Below, piece after piece: positions 50,635 to 60,041 of a DNA stretch of 64,000 nucleotides. This stretch comes from Candidatus Latescibacterota bacterium (GTDB lineage: Bacteria > Latescibacterota > UBA2968 > UBA8231), in the NCBI GenBank assembly GCA_965217585.1, contig OZ244561.1:2816001-2880000 (forward strand). Direction: 5' to 3'. The translations under genes were made by a program, and so were the position numbers. Every line of letters begins with the position of its first letter. Position 1 is the stretch's first letter. The notes beneath the pieces were generated by a model, which saw only the letters and a list, made by a program, of their open reading frames with translations, was not told the DNA's origin and searched no databases.

Positions 50635-52968
50635 ATGCTGGGTAATTACCTGACGACGGCGCTGCGGCTTCTGTGGCGGGAGCGCGGCTATGCGGCGATC
50701 AACATTTTCGGTCTGGCGGTCGGCTTTTGCCTATGCTTGCTGGTCGTCCAACTCGCCGCCTATCAGCTTTCTGTTGGCGACTTTCACGAGAAAAAAGACC
50801 GGGTATTCCGCGTGTTGGTATCAGACACGCAGAATACCGAGTACACGGCGGGGGTACGAATACCACTGGGGCCAACCCTCAAGGAGCAATTGCCCGAAGT
50901 CGAGGAGGCGGTCCGCTTTAGCCCGGGTTGGCCGGTTCTGCTTCGGGTCGGAGACGAGGACGGAAGATATGAAAAGGTTAGTGAGGCGGAAGCCGGCGTT
51001 TTCGACATGTTTAGCTTGCCGCTCCTACGCGGCGACCCGAAGACGGCCTTGGCGCGCCCTTACACCATGGTGCTGACCGAGCCGTTGGCCCGTCGACTCT
51101 TCGGCGAGAGCGATCCCATCGGACAGGTCGTCCACGTCGAGAAGCTCGATTACGAGGTTACCGGCATCGTCGGCCAGTTGCCCGCCAACTCGCTGCTCCA
51201 GTTCTCGGCGCTGCGTTCGCTTTCCACCGCCACAAACCCAATGTTGGCGTCTGGTTGGAACGCTTCAGGCTTCAGGACCTTCGTGCAGCTAACGCCCGGT
51301 GCCGACGCGGCTGCGGTAGCCGCGCGCATTTCCGGCATCGTCAAGGAGGTTAGGGGGTTGCCCGAAGCGCCCGGTTCCTACGCGCTACAGCCGCTGAAAT
51401 CGATCTACTTCGACACCGAAGTGCCCAACAGCGTCGGCCCAAAAGGCAATCCCGTGTACCTCGCTGTGTGCGCCATTTTAGCGGTGGTGATCCTGACAAT
51501 CGCCGGGGTCAACTATGTGAACTTGGCGACGGCACGGGCCGGGCGACGGATTCGCGAAATCGGCGTGCGCAAGGCCCTCGGTGCTCATCGCGGCCAGCTC
51601 ATGCGCCAACTTTTGAGCGAGTCACTACTGTTGAGTACTGCGGCGACGGTGCTAGGCGTTGCCATGGCAGAGGTTATGGTTCTGCTCCTACCTGCGATGG
51701 TGGGATTCGATTTTGAATGGTCATCCCTGCGCTGGACGATCTCGACCTACGCTGGGGCTGCGGTGCTGGCGATAGGGGTCGGACTGGCTGCGGGCGCGTA
51801 CCCGGCTTGGGTCGTGGCGCGTTTTCAGCCGACGGCTGCCGTGCGCGGGGGCCGCGTGGGCGGTGTACTCCTGCGTCGGGGTTTGGTGGTGACGCAGTTC
51901 ACGGCCACTACGGCGTTGCTGACGATGACACTGCTGATGTGGCACCAACTCGATTACATCCAAGACCTTCTCCGCGAAGACTCCATCTTGGGGTCGAAGC
52001 CGGAACAGGTTGTCGTCGTCGAGAACCGCGGTCTGACCATGGATCAGGCTCGAGCCTTCAAGACGGAGTTGCTTCAGGACAGTCGCATCGCCGCAGTGAG
52101 TCTCTCTACGACAGTACGTGGTCAGGGTTTCGGAATGACTTCGAGAGGGGAAGATCAAATAGAGATAAATGTGTATCAAGCAGATAGCGACTTCGTCGAA
52201 ATCATGGGCTTGCGCATGGCCCAAGGACGCGCCCTGACCGACGAACCGGCCGACGCCCGAGCGGTCGTCATCAACGAGACCGCCGCGAGGATAATGGAAT
52301 GGGCGGAGCCGCTGGGCGAGACGATCGCCGTCCAAGGAGGAAAGCGCGTCGTCGGCGTGATTGAGGACTTCCACTTCCACGGCCCGCGCCATGAGATAGA
52401 GCCACTGATTATAGAACAGGTCGCTGGATGGGCGGGCGTCATTCTCGTGCGAGTGCGCCCCGGCCATCTCGACGCAGCCCTCAAAGTGATCGACGACAAG
52501 TGGGCCGCGGTCGCGCCCTACCGCCCCATTCAGCGCAATTCCCTCGAAGAGGTCACCACCAAACTCTACTCCGAGGACCTGATGGTGGGCCGTGCACTCA
52601 CTCTCTTTCTCTTCTTAGCCATCGCCGTCGCCTCGGTAGGACTCTTCGGCATGGCCGCACACGCCGCCCATGAGCGCACCAAGGAGATCGGCATCCGCAA
52701 GGTGTTCGGTGCTTCTCCCGGCGGTCTCACCGCTATGCTGATGCGGGACTTCGCCAAACCCGTTTCCATTGCCTTCCTGCTCAGCGTGCCGATCGCCTAT
52801 GGGCTGGCCACCCACTGGCTACAGGAGTTTGTCTATCGCGTGGAAATCGGCGCGGGCCTGTTCTTGGTGTCGGGCGCTCTGTCCTTCGTCATCGCCGGGC
52901 TGACGGTGGGGCACCAAGCGATGCGAGCGGCCCTGACCAATCCGATAGAAACGCTGCGCACTGAGTAG
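50635..52968 (+). CDS. ABC permease MacB/FtsX type (copy 7)
   Basis: Paralog motifs as in copy 2. Confidence 0.92.
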   Translation: MLGNYLTTALRLLWRERGYAAINIFGLAVGFCLCLLVVQLAAYQLSVGDFHEKKDRVFRVLVSDTQNTEYTAGVRIPLGPTLKEQLPEVEEAVRFSPGWPVLLRVGDEDGRYEKVSEAEAGVFDMFSLPLLRGDPKTALARPYTMVLTEPLARRLFGESDPIGQVVHVEKLDYEVTGIVGQLPANSLLQFSALRSLSTATNPMLASGWNASGFRTFVQLTPGADAAAVAARISGIVKEVRGLPEAPGSYALQPLKSIYFDTEVPNSVGPKGNPVYLAVCAILAVVILTIAGVNYVNLATARAGRRIREIGVRKALGAHRGQLMRQLLSESLLLSTAATVLGVAMAEVMVLLLPAMVGFDFEWSSLRWTISTYAGAAVLAIGVGLAAGAYPAWVVARFQPTAAVRGGRVGGVLLRRGLVVTQFTATTALLTMTLLMWHQLDYIQDLLREDSILGSKPEQVVVVENRGLTMDQARAFKTELLQDSRIAAVSLSTTVRGQGFGMTSRGEDQIEINVYQADSDFVEIMGLRMAQGRALTDEPADARAVVINETAARIMEWAEPLGETIAVQGGKRVVGVIEDFHFHGPRHEIEPLIIEQVAGWAGVILVRVRPGHLDAALKVIDDKWAAVAPYRPIQRNSLEEVTTKLYSEDLMVGRALTLFLFLAIAVASVGLFGMAAHAAHERTKEIGIRKVFGASPGGLTAMLMRDFAKPVSIAFLLSVPIAYGLATHWLQEFVYRVEIGAGLFLVSGALSFVIAGLTVGHQAMRAALTNPIETLRTE

Positions 52969-53035
52969 CAACACCGGCTTCGTCGGGAGACTTCCAATGC
53001 CGCCCGCCGTGGGCGTTTGCTGAAAGGAAATACCA

Positions 53036-54289
53036 ATGAATAGATCATTCGCAGTAGCGGCCGTGTTCTTGCTGGCGTCGCATCCATTATGGGCCGAGGA
53101 GAAGCGGGGCCTTTGGGACAGCAAGAGATATTCGGGATGGGAGCAAAAGTGGGGTGTGGGCGATTCGCATTTATACCAATACCAAGACGACGTAAATCCC
53201 TTGGTGCGGTACAACCGGGTGGAGGGTTTGCTGGTGGGTGCTCGGGTGCCGCGCTCCTACCGCGACTGCGAGGGCATGGCCCCCTATGGGGAATTGGCCT
53301 ATAGCTTTGGCAACCGCGCATGGCACTACCAAGCCGGCACCCAAGTATTCACGTTCCAAGCCTGCCACCGCGATAACCCTCACTTCGCCAGCTTGGGGGC
53401 CGAGTTGCACGATCTGACCGCCACGCAGGACAACTATCTAGTGCCCGAGGAGGTGAACTCGGTGTATGCGGCGCTGTTCCGGCGCGACCTGCGCGATTAC
53501 TACCGCCGTGTCGGCTGGAGCGTCTATGCGGGGCAGAACTTAGCCGGCGTAGTGCAGCTTACCGGGCGCTTGGCTCACGACGAATTCTTCAACTTGGAGA
53601 ACGCAGTCCATTGGATCTTGCTGGGCAACCGCTTGGCCCGCGATCAGTTCCGCGCCAATCCGGCGATAGACGAGGGCACGGCGGTCCGGTTGCAAGCCGA
53701 GGTACAGCTCGACACCCGGTCCAACGGAGACCAGCGGCAGGGGTGGCTGGTCAATGCCTTGGCCGAACGCGCCGGCGACTTGGGCGGCGAATTCGCCTTC
53801 CGGCGCTATCTAATAGATCTCCGCCGCTACCAGCTCATCGCCCGTGGCACCCAGATAGACTTGCGGCTCCGTCTTGGACGGGGAGATGGGGGTGTGGGGC
53901 GGTGTATAGGAGACGGCGATACATGCCCGTCTCAAGGGGGTTTGCCGCGGCAGTACTTGTTCGATCTGGGGGGCTATTCGACGCTGCGGGGGTATTCGTA
54001 CAAGGCATTTACCGGAGACCGGATGATTCTCCTCAATGCCGAATACTGGATTGCCCCGGACCACTCCGACGGATGGCGCGCTGGCGTCCTCTTTGATGTG
54101 GGTTCCGCTTGGTTTGCCCGGCCAGAGGACGCCGCAAAGATCGCGGACGGGGAATCGCTCGACACTGACTTAAAGGCCAGCCTCGGTTTTGGGATAGGCG
54201 ACGACGAGTGCCAATTCGAGTTGGCCAAGCCCTTTGGGCAACGCGACGCCGATTGGCACTATGCGATCCGGTTCAGCGAGACGTTCTAG
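53036..54289 (+). CDS. Omp85/BamA-TamA-like outer-membrane beta-barrel without an obvious POTRA region
   Basis: Signal peptide, RYNRVEG, LGGYSTLRGY (VRGY-like loop 6), NAEY, LFDVGSAW, C-terminal F; 417 aa. Confidence 0.7.
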   Translation: MNRSFAVAAVFLLASHPLWAEEKRGLWDSKRYSGWEQKWGVGDSHLYQYQDDVNPLVRYNRVEGLLVGARVPRSYRDCEGMAPYGELAYSFGNRAWHYQAGTQVFTFQACHRDNPHFASLGAELHDLTATQDNYLVPEEVNSVYAALFRRDLRDYYRRVGWSVYAGQNLAGVVQLTGRLAHDEFFNLENAVHWILLGNRLARDQFRANPAIDEGTAVRLQAEVQLDTRSNGDQRQGWLVNALAERAGDLGGEFAFRRYLIDLRRYQLIARGTQIDLRLRLGRGDGGVGRCIGDGDTCPSQGGLPRQYLFDLGGYSTLRGYSYKAFTGDRMILLNAEYWIAPDHSDGWRAGVLFDVGSAWFARPEDAAKIADGESLDTDLKASLGFGIGDDECQFELAKPFGQRDADWHYAIRFSETF

Positions 54290-54321
54290 GGACCCTCACT
54301 ACGAGACGAGAGGAATTATCC

Positions 54322-56691
54322 ATGCTGAGCAATTACCTGACGACGGCGCTGCGGCTTTTGTGGCGAGAGCGTGGCTACGCGGCGATCAACATCTTCGGTT
54401 TGGCCGTCGGCTTTTGCCTGTGCCTGTTGATCGTCCAATTCGCCGCCTATCAGCTCTCGGTTGGCGACTTTCACGAGAAAAAGGACCGGGTTTACCGCGT
54501 GCTCGAGAAAGAAGATCGGATCGATCACCTGCTAGCCAGTTGGGAATGGTCCGAGTACTCGGCAAGTATGCCGATACCGCTGGGGCCGACCCTTGAGGAG
54601 CAATTGCCCGAAGTCGAGGAAGCGGTCCGCTTCAGACCGGGGGGGGAGCCGAGGCTGCTTCGGGTCGGGGACAAGGACGGAGTATCTGAAAAGGTTATTT
54701 GGACGGAAGCCAGCGTTTTCGACGTGTTTAGCTTCCAGCTTCTACGCGGCGACCCCAAGACGGCTCTAACGCGCCCCTACACCATGGTGCTGACCGAGCC
54801 GTTGGCCCGTCGGCTCTTTGGCGAGAGCGATCCCATCGGACAGGTCGTTCGGGTCAATGAGGAGTTCGATTGCGAGGTTACCGGCATCGTCGGCCAGCCG
54901 CCCTCCAGTTCATTGATTCAGTTCTCGGCGCTGCTCTCCTTTGCCACAGAGTACACGGTGAATCGGACAAAGGTGTCGTCTAGCTGGATCTTCGTGCAAC
55001 TAACGCCCGGTGCCGACCCTGCTGCGGTAGCTGCACGCATCCCTAGCATCTTCGAGGAGGCTTGGTTGTCCGGTTCCTACGCGCTGCAACCCCTGAAATC
55101 GATCTACTTCGACACGGAGTTGGGCAACTTCCTTGGCCCAAGGGGCAACCCCCTCTATTTGACGCTAGGCACCATTTTAGCGGCAGTGGTCTTGATGATC
55201 GCCGGCGTCAACTACGTGAACTTGGCGACGGCACGGGCGGGGCGACGGATTCACGAGATCGGCGTGCGCAAGGCCCTCGGCGCTCATCGCGGCCAGCTCA
55301 TGCGCCAATTTCTGAGCGAGTCGGTGCTGTTGAGCGCTGCGGCGACCGTGCTGGGCGCGGTCTTAACAGAGGTCTTGAGTCTGCTCCTGCCCGTCATTGC
55401 GGGATCCGGTTTCGAGTTGCCTCAGTTGCGCTGGACGAGTTCGACCTACGCCGGGGCGGCGGCGCTGGCGGTAGGGGTTGGACTGGTCGCGGGTGCCTAT
55501 CCGGCTTGGGTCGTGGCGCGCTTTCAGCCGACGGTCGCGGTGCGCGGAGGGCGCGTAGGCGGTGGGCGCTTGCGTCAGGGTTTGGTAGTGGCGCAGTTCA
55601 CGGTTACGGCGGCGCTGCTGACGGTGACGCTGCTGATGTGGCACCAAGTTGATTACATCCAAAATCTCCTCCGCAAGGACTCTGTCTTGGGGTTGGAGTC
55701 GGAACAGGTTGTCGTCGTCCATAATAACAACAGCGTCCTGACCGTAGATCAGGCTCGAGCCTTCAAGACAGAACTTCTTCAGGACAGCCGCATCGCCGCG
55801 GTAAGCCTTTCTACGTCAGTACCTGGTGAGGATTCGAGATTAGGGAATTCGTTCGAGGGAGAGGGAGTGGAAGGGGAAACAGAGATGAACGTGTTTGAAG
55901 CGGATGGCGACTTCGTCGAAATCCTAGGATTGCGCATGGTCCAAGGACGCGCCCTGACCGACGAACCGGCCGACGACCGAGCGGTTGTCATCAACGAGAC
56001 CACCGCGAAGCAGATGGGATGGGCGGAGCCGCTGGGCAAGACGCTCTCCAACTACTGGGGAGACTTGCGCGTCGTGGGCGTGGTTGAAGACTTCCACTTC
56101 GACGGTCCGCGCTATGAGGTAGAGCCACTGGTCATAGCACAGGTCGATGACTGGGTGGAAGTCATTCTCGTGCAGGTGCAACCCGGCCATCTCGACGCAG
56201 CCCTCAAAGTGATTGACGACAAGTGGGCTGCCGTCTCGCCCCATCACCCCATCCAGCGCAACTCCCTCCAAGAGGTCGTCGCCCATCTCTATTCCGAGGA
56301 TCTGCTGATGGGCCGTGCACTCACGCTCTTTCTCTTTTTAGCCATCGCCGTCGCCTCGGTGGGACTCTTCGGCATGGCGGCGTACGCCGCCAATGAGCGC
56401 ACGAAAGAGATCGGCATCCGCAAGGTGTTCGGCGCTTCTCCCGGCGGCCTCACCGCCATGCTGCTACGCGACTTCGCCAAGCCCGTTGCCATCGCCTTCC
56501 TCCTCAGCGTGCCCATCGCCTACGGCTTGGCCACCCACTGGCTACAGGAGTTTGTCTATCGCGTGGAAATCGGCGTGGGCCTGTTCCTGCTGTCGGGAGC
56601 CTTGTCCTTCGCCATTGCCGGGTTGACGGTGGGCCACCAAGCGATGCGAGCGGCCCTGACCAATCCAATAGAAACGCTGCGCACTGAATAA
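54322..56691 (+). CDS. ABC permease MacB/FtsX type (copy 8)
   Basis: Start MLSNYLTTALR at 54322 by comparison with paralogs. Confidence 0.92.
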   Translation: MLSNYLTTALRLLWRERGYAAINIFGLAVGFCLCLLIVQFAAYQLSVGDFHEKKDRVYRVLEKEDRIDHLLASWEWSEYSASMPIPLGPTLEEQLPEVEEAVRFRPGGEPRLLRVGDKDGVSEKVIWTEASVFDVFSFQLLRGDPKTALTRPYTMVLTEPLARRLFGESDPIGQVVRVNEEFDCEVTGIVGQPPSSSLIQFSALLSFATEYTVNRTKVSSSWIFVQLTPGADPAAVAARIPSIFEEAWLSGSYALQPLKSIYFDTELGNFLGPRGNPLYLTLGTILAAVVLMIAGVNYVNLATARAGRRIHEIGVRKALGAHRGQLMRQFLSESVLLSAAATVLGAVLTEVLSLLLPVIAGSGFELPQLRWTSSTYAGAAALAVGVGLVAGAYPAWVVARFQPTVAVRGGRVGGGRLRQGLVVAQFTVTAALLTVTLLMWHQVDYIQNLLRKDSVLGLESEQVVVVHNNNSVLTVDQARAFKTELLQDSRIAAVSLSTSVPGEDSRLGNSFEGEGVEGETEMNVFEADGDFVEILGLRMVQGRALTDEPADDRAVVINETTAKQMGWAEPLGKTLSNYWGDLRVVGVVEDFHFDGPRYEVEPLVIAQVDDWVEVILVQVQPGHLDAALKVIDDKWAAVSPHHPIQRNSLQEVVAHLYSEDLLMGRALTLFLFLAIAVASVGLFGMAAYAANERTKEIGIRKVFGASPGGLTAMLLRDFAKPVAIAFLLSVPIAYGLATHWLQEFVYRVEIGVGLFLLSGALSFAIAGLTVGHQAMRAALTNPIETLRTE

Positions 56692-56711
56692 CCAAGACGT
56701 GGAGACACATC

Positions 56712-57386
56712 ATGATCGAAATGCATGACATCGAAAAGTACCACCAATCCGGTCCTCGCAAGACCTACGTGCTGCGCTACGTACACCTGAACGTCGCCGA
56801 GGGCGAGTTCGTGTCGATTATGGGGCCGAGCGGCGCGGGCAAATCGACGCTTTTGCACATCATGGGGATGCTCGATGAGCCGACGGCTGGGTCGTATCAC
56901 TTTCTCGGCGAAGAGGTGGGCGGAATGGGGGAGAAGGAACGCACCGAGATCCATCGGGGGCACATTGGTTTTGTCTTTCAAGCCTATCACCTGATTGACG
57001 AGCAGACGGTGTACGAAAACTTGGAGATGCCGCTGCTCTACCAAAAGGTGAAGGGTTCCGAGCGCAAGGCGCGGGTGAGCGAGTTGCTCGACCGCTTCCA
57101 GATGGTGGCCAAAAAGGACCTGTTCCCGCACCAGCTTTCCGGCGGCGAGCAACAGCGCGTCGGCGTGGCGCGCGCTTTGATCGGCCAGCCGACGCTGATT
57201 CTCGCCGACGAGCCTACGGGCAACCTCAACTCCAAGCAGGGAGAAGAGGTGATGGACATGCTGCGGGAGTTGAACGGCGAGGGCACGACGATTGTGCAGG
57301 TGACGCACTCGGAGAAGAACGCTGGTTACGGTAGCCGGGTGGTGCATCTGTTGGACGGCAAGATAGAGCAAGAGGGAAGGTACTAA
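56712..57386 (+). CDS. ABC ATP-binding protein (LolD/MacB-like)
   Basis: [30 protein letters not shown]. Confidence 0.95.
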   Translation: MIEMHDIEKYHQSGPRKTYVLRYVHLNVAEGEFVSIMGPSGAGKSTLLHIMGMLDEPTAGSYHFLGEEVGGMGEKERTEIHRGHIGFVFQAYHLIDEQTVYENLEMPLLYQKVKGSERKARVSELLDRFQMVAKKDLFPHQLSGGEQQRVGVARALIGQPTLILADEPTGNLNSKQGEEVMDMLRELNGEGTTIVQVTHSEKNAGYGSRVVHLLDGKIEQEGRY

Positions 57387-57387
57387 C

Positions 57388-57590
57388 TGATGTTACGCAG
57401 CCCCTGCCTTCTCAGGGCAGGCTCTTATGCCACGTCTGCCGCTTGCGGCCTGTGGCCCCGTCGCCCGCCGTCATTCCCGCGCACGCGGGAATCCAGCCTA
57501 ACGCACTAGCCTCAAAAGGGCATCTCTGGATGCCTGCTTTCGCAGGCATGACACTGGGGCCGCGGCGGCTTTACACAGTGCCTAACATCA
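57388..57590. mobile_element. MITE-like element with TIRs, target duplication and an internal REP pair
   Basis: TGATGTTACGCA...TGCCTAACATCA (11/12 TIR) flanked by GGTACTAAC at 57379-57387 and 57591-57599; internal GTCATTCCCGCGCACGCGGGAATCCAG...CTGGATGCCTGCTTTCGCAGGCATGAC. Confidence 0.7.
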
Positions 57591-57619
57591 GGTACTAACC
57601 AGGAAGGAAGGTACTAACC

Positions 57620-59977
57620 ATGCTACTCAATAACCTGATCGTTGCTTGGCGCAATCTGCGCCGCTATCGGATGTACACCGCGATCAACATGGGTGGGCTG
57701 GCCACGGCCTTTGCGGTGGCCATCTTCGTCGGCCTGTACGTGCATAGTGCGCTGACGTGGGACCGCTTCCACGCCAAAGGTGAGCAGATCTACCAGGTCT
57801 GCATGATATGGTCGGCCGCATCATCGGAAAGGGCCCATACGTCGGTGCCGGGAGGCCTCGGTCCGGAGATGGTAGCCACACTCCCCTCTGTGCTGCGCTC
57901 GGTGCGTACGGAAGATGAGTCCGGACTGCTGAGCTACGGGGGGCAAGAGACCAAGGCGACGGGACGGTTCGCCGACCCCGGATTCTTCGAGTTGTTCAGC
58001 TTCCCGCTGATCGCGGGCGATCCGGGCACGACCCTCGACGAGCCGAACTCGATTGTGCTATCGAGGCGGCTGGCGCAGCGGCTGTTCGGCGACGCCGACC
58101 CCATGGGCCAGACCCTGCTGCTGGGGGGCCGTGGTATCAGCGGATACTTCGTCGTCACCGGGGTCGCCGCCGACGTGCCGTACGAGTCCAGCCTGAAGTT
58201 CGACTGGGTGATCCCCTTCGCCCACCGGGAAGCCCAGACTGCGTGGGCCGGCGATTTCAAGGCTGGCCCAGGCGAGACCTACCTACAGATCGCCGATGCC
58301 GCGGGCGTGGAGTCGGCCTTGGCCTTTGATCTGGAACGGTACATGGAGGTGGAGGAGGGTGCTAGGCTCGTTATCGTGCCGCTGTTCGACAAGCGGCTGC
58401 ACCCCCAACTCAGCGGAGGGAGGGGGATGATGGCGGCACTCTACACCTTCGGATTCGTCGCCGGCCTCGTGCTGCTGCTGGCGTGTATCAACTACGCCAA
58501 TCTGGCCGCGGGCATGTCGCTAACGAGGGCGCACGAAGTGGGTGTGCGCAAGGTGGTTGGTGCTGGACGGGGACAGCTAATGCGCCAGTACTTTGCCGAG
58601 TCTCTGCTACTCAGCTTCGCCGCCCTAGCGCTCGCCGTGCTGCTGACGGAGGTCTTGCTACCGGGCCTGAATCGTCTGATGACGTTGCCCGGAGAGTTCG
58701 AACTGCGCCTCGACCTACAGTACACGCCGTGGACGGTGGTGGCCCTAGCTGGGTTCGGCGTGGTCATGGGGCTGGTGGCGGGCGCGTACCCGGCGCTGGT
58801 GCAGTCGCGGATGCAGCCGGTCGAGATTATGCAGGACAGGCTCCAGGTGCGAGGCCGCGCCGGCCGCATCCTAGTAGTCGTGCAGTTTGTGGCCTCCACG
58901 GTGTTCCTGACCACGGCCCTCGTTGTGGACCGGCAGGTCGATCATTGGGAGTCCCTAGAGCAGGGCTACGACTCGCGGCTCGTGGTCTGCATCCCGACGT
59001 TTGCGGGCTCCTCGAAAGGGGAAGGCGTGGACAAGTCGCAGCGCTTCCTCGAGATCTTCCGCCGGGAGGTCCTCCCACTTTCAGGCGTGCTCGCCGTGTC
59101 CGGCTCCAGCGAATTCCCCGACAGAGTCAGTGACTTTCGCTTCGACGACCATGAACGGCCGGAGGTCTCGCTGATTGAGGTTGATCCATACTTCCTGCGT
59201 ACCCTCGGCTTGGAACTGGTCGAGGGTGAGGACTTTCCCCCGGACCTGCTGGCCAGTGGTCGCGTAGCACTCGTCAACCAGCAGCTAGCGGCCACGCTGG
59301 AGGGACCGGTCGTCGGCTCCTACCTCGAAGGCGGGTACCGGCCGCGGATTATTGGCGTGGTCTCCGACTTCCAGCACGATGATCCCAGTTCCAGAGGCTT
59401 CGTGCCGGAACTCGTGCTCAGCGTCCTACCGGATCGTCCCATTGAGACGGTGCTGGTGCGGGTGCGACCCGAAGGGGTGCCCGAGACCCTCGCTGAGCTA
59501 CGCGAGGCTTGGGACCGGCTGTCGCCTAGGGTGCCCTTTAGTTATCGCTTCCTCGACGACCATATCGCCGAGCGCTTCTTTATCCGCGCCATCACCATTA
59601 GCCTGCTGCGCTGGGTGACCGGGTTTCTTGTGCTAATCGCCTGTCTCGGCGTCTTCGGCATGGCCTCCCTCGCCGTCAGCCGACGCACCAAGGAGGTGGC
59701 CGTGCGCAAGGTTCTCGGTGCCTCGACAGCGAGCGTGGCCGTGCTGCTGTCGTCGCAGTCCACGCGGCTCGTGCTGATCGCCGTGGTCATCGCCATGCCC
59801 CTGACCTACCGGCTCTCGGAGATGTTACTCCGCAGTGAGGTGGACCGCATTGAGCTCGACCTGCTCAGCTACTCGGCTGGCGGCCTGATCGCCCTGGGAC
59901 TGACTTGGCTGGTGTCGGGTTATCACGCGATTCGAGCGGCGACGGCGAATCCGGTGGACTCGCTGCGCAGCGAGTAG
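57620..59977 (+). CDS. ABC permease MacB/FtsX type (copy 9, second subfamily)
   Basis: WDRFHAK, ACINYANL, RRTKEVAVRKVLGAS, ANPVDSLRSE. Confidence 0.92.
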   Translation: MLLNNLIVAWRNLRRYRMYTAINMGGLATAFAVAIFVGLYVHSALTWDRFHAKGEQIYQVCMIWSAASSERAHTSVPGGLGPEMVATLPSVLRSVRTEDESGLLSYGGQETKATGRFADPGFFELFSFPLIAGDPGTTLDEPNSIVLSRRLAQRLFGDADPMGQTLLLGGRGISGYFVVTGVAADVPYESSLKFDWVIPFAHREAQTAWAGDFKAGPGETYLQIADAAGVESALAFDLERYMEVEEGARLVIVPLFDKRLHPQLSGGRGMMAALYTFGFVAGLVLLLACINYANLAAGMSLTRAHEVGVRKVVGAGRGQLMRQYFAESLLLSFAALALAVLLTEVLLPGLNRLMTLPGEFELRLDLQYTPWTVVALAGFGVVMGLVAGAYPALVQSRMQPVEIMQDRLQVRGRAGRILVVVQFVASTVFLTTALVVDRQVDHWESLEQGYDSRLVVCIPTFAGSSKGEGVDKSQRFLEIFRREVLPLSGVLAVSGSSEFPDRVSDFRFDDHERPEVSLIEVDPYFLRTLGLELVEGEDFPPDLLASGRVALVNQQLAATLEGPVVGSYLEGGYRPRIIGVVSDFQHDDPSSRGFVPELVLSVLPDRPIETVLVRVRPEGVPETLAELREAWDRLSPRVPFSYRFLDDHIAERFFIRAITISLLRWVTGFLVLIACLGVFGMASLAVSRRTKEVAVRKVLGASTASVAVLLSSQSTRLVLIAVVIAMPLTYRLSEMLLRSEVDRIELDLLSYSAGGLIALGLTWLVSGYHAIRAATANPVDSLRSE

Positions 59978-60041
59978 AGACTAATGATCGTTATTGCCCT
60001 ACAAATCGCATCGATTTAACGCGAGAAGGAAGGTACTAGCC

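Noticed and set aside
35873-56691. Diversity-generating retroelement as the source of permease variation
   Set aside because: No RT or template repeat; differences include indels and are not adenine-specific.
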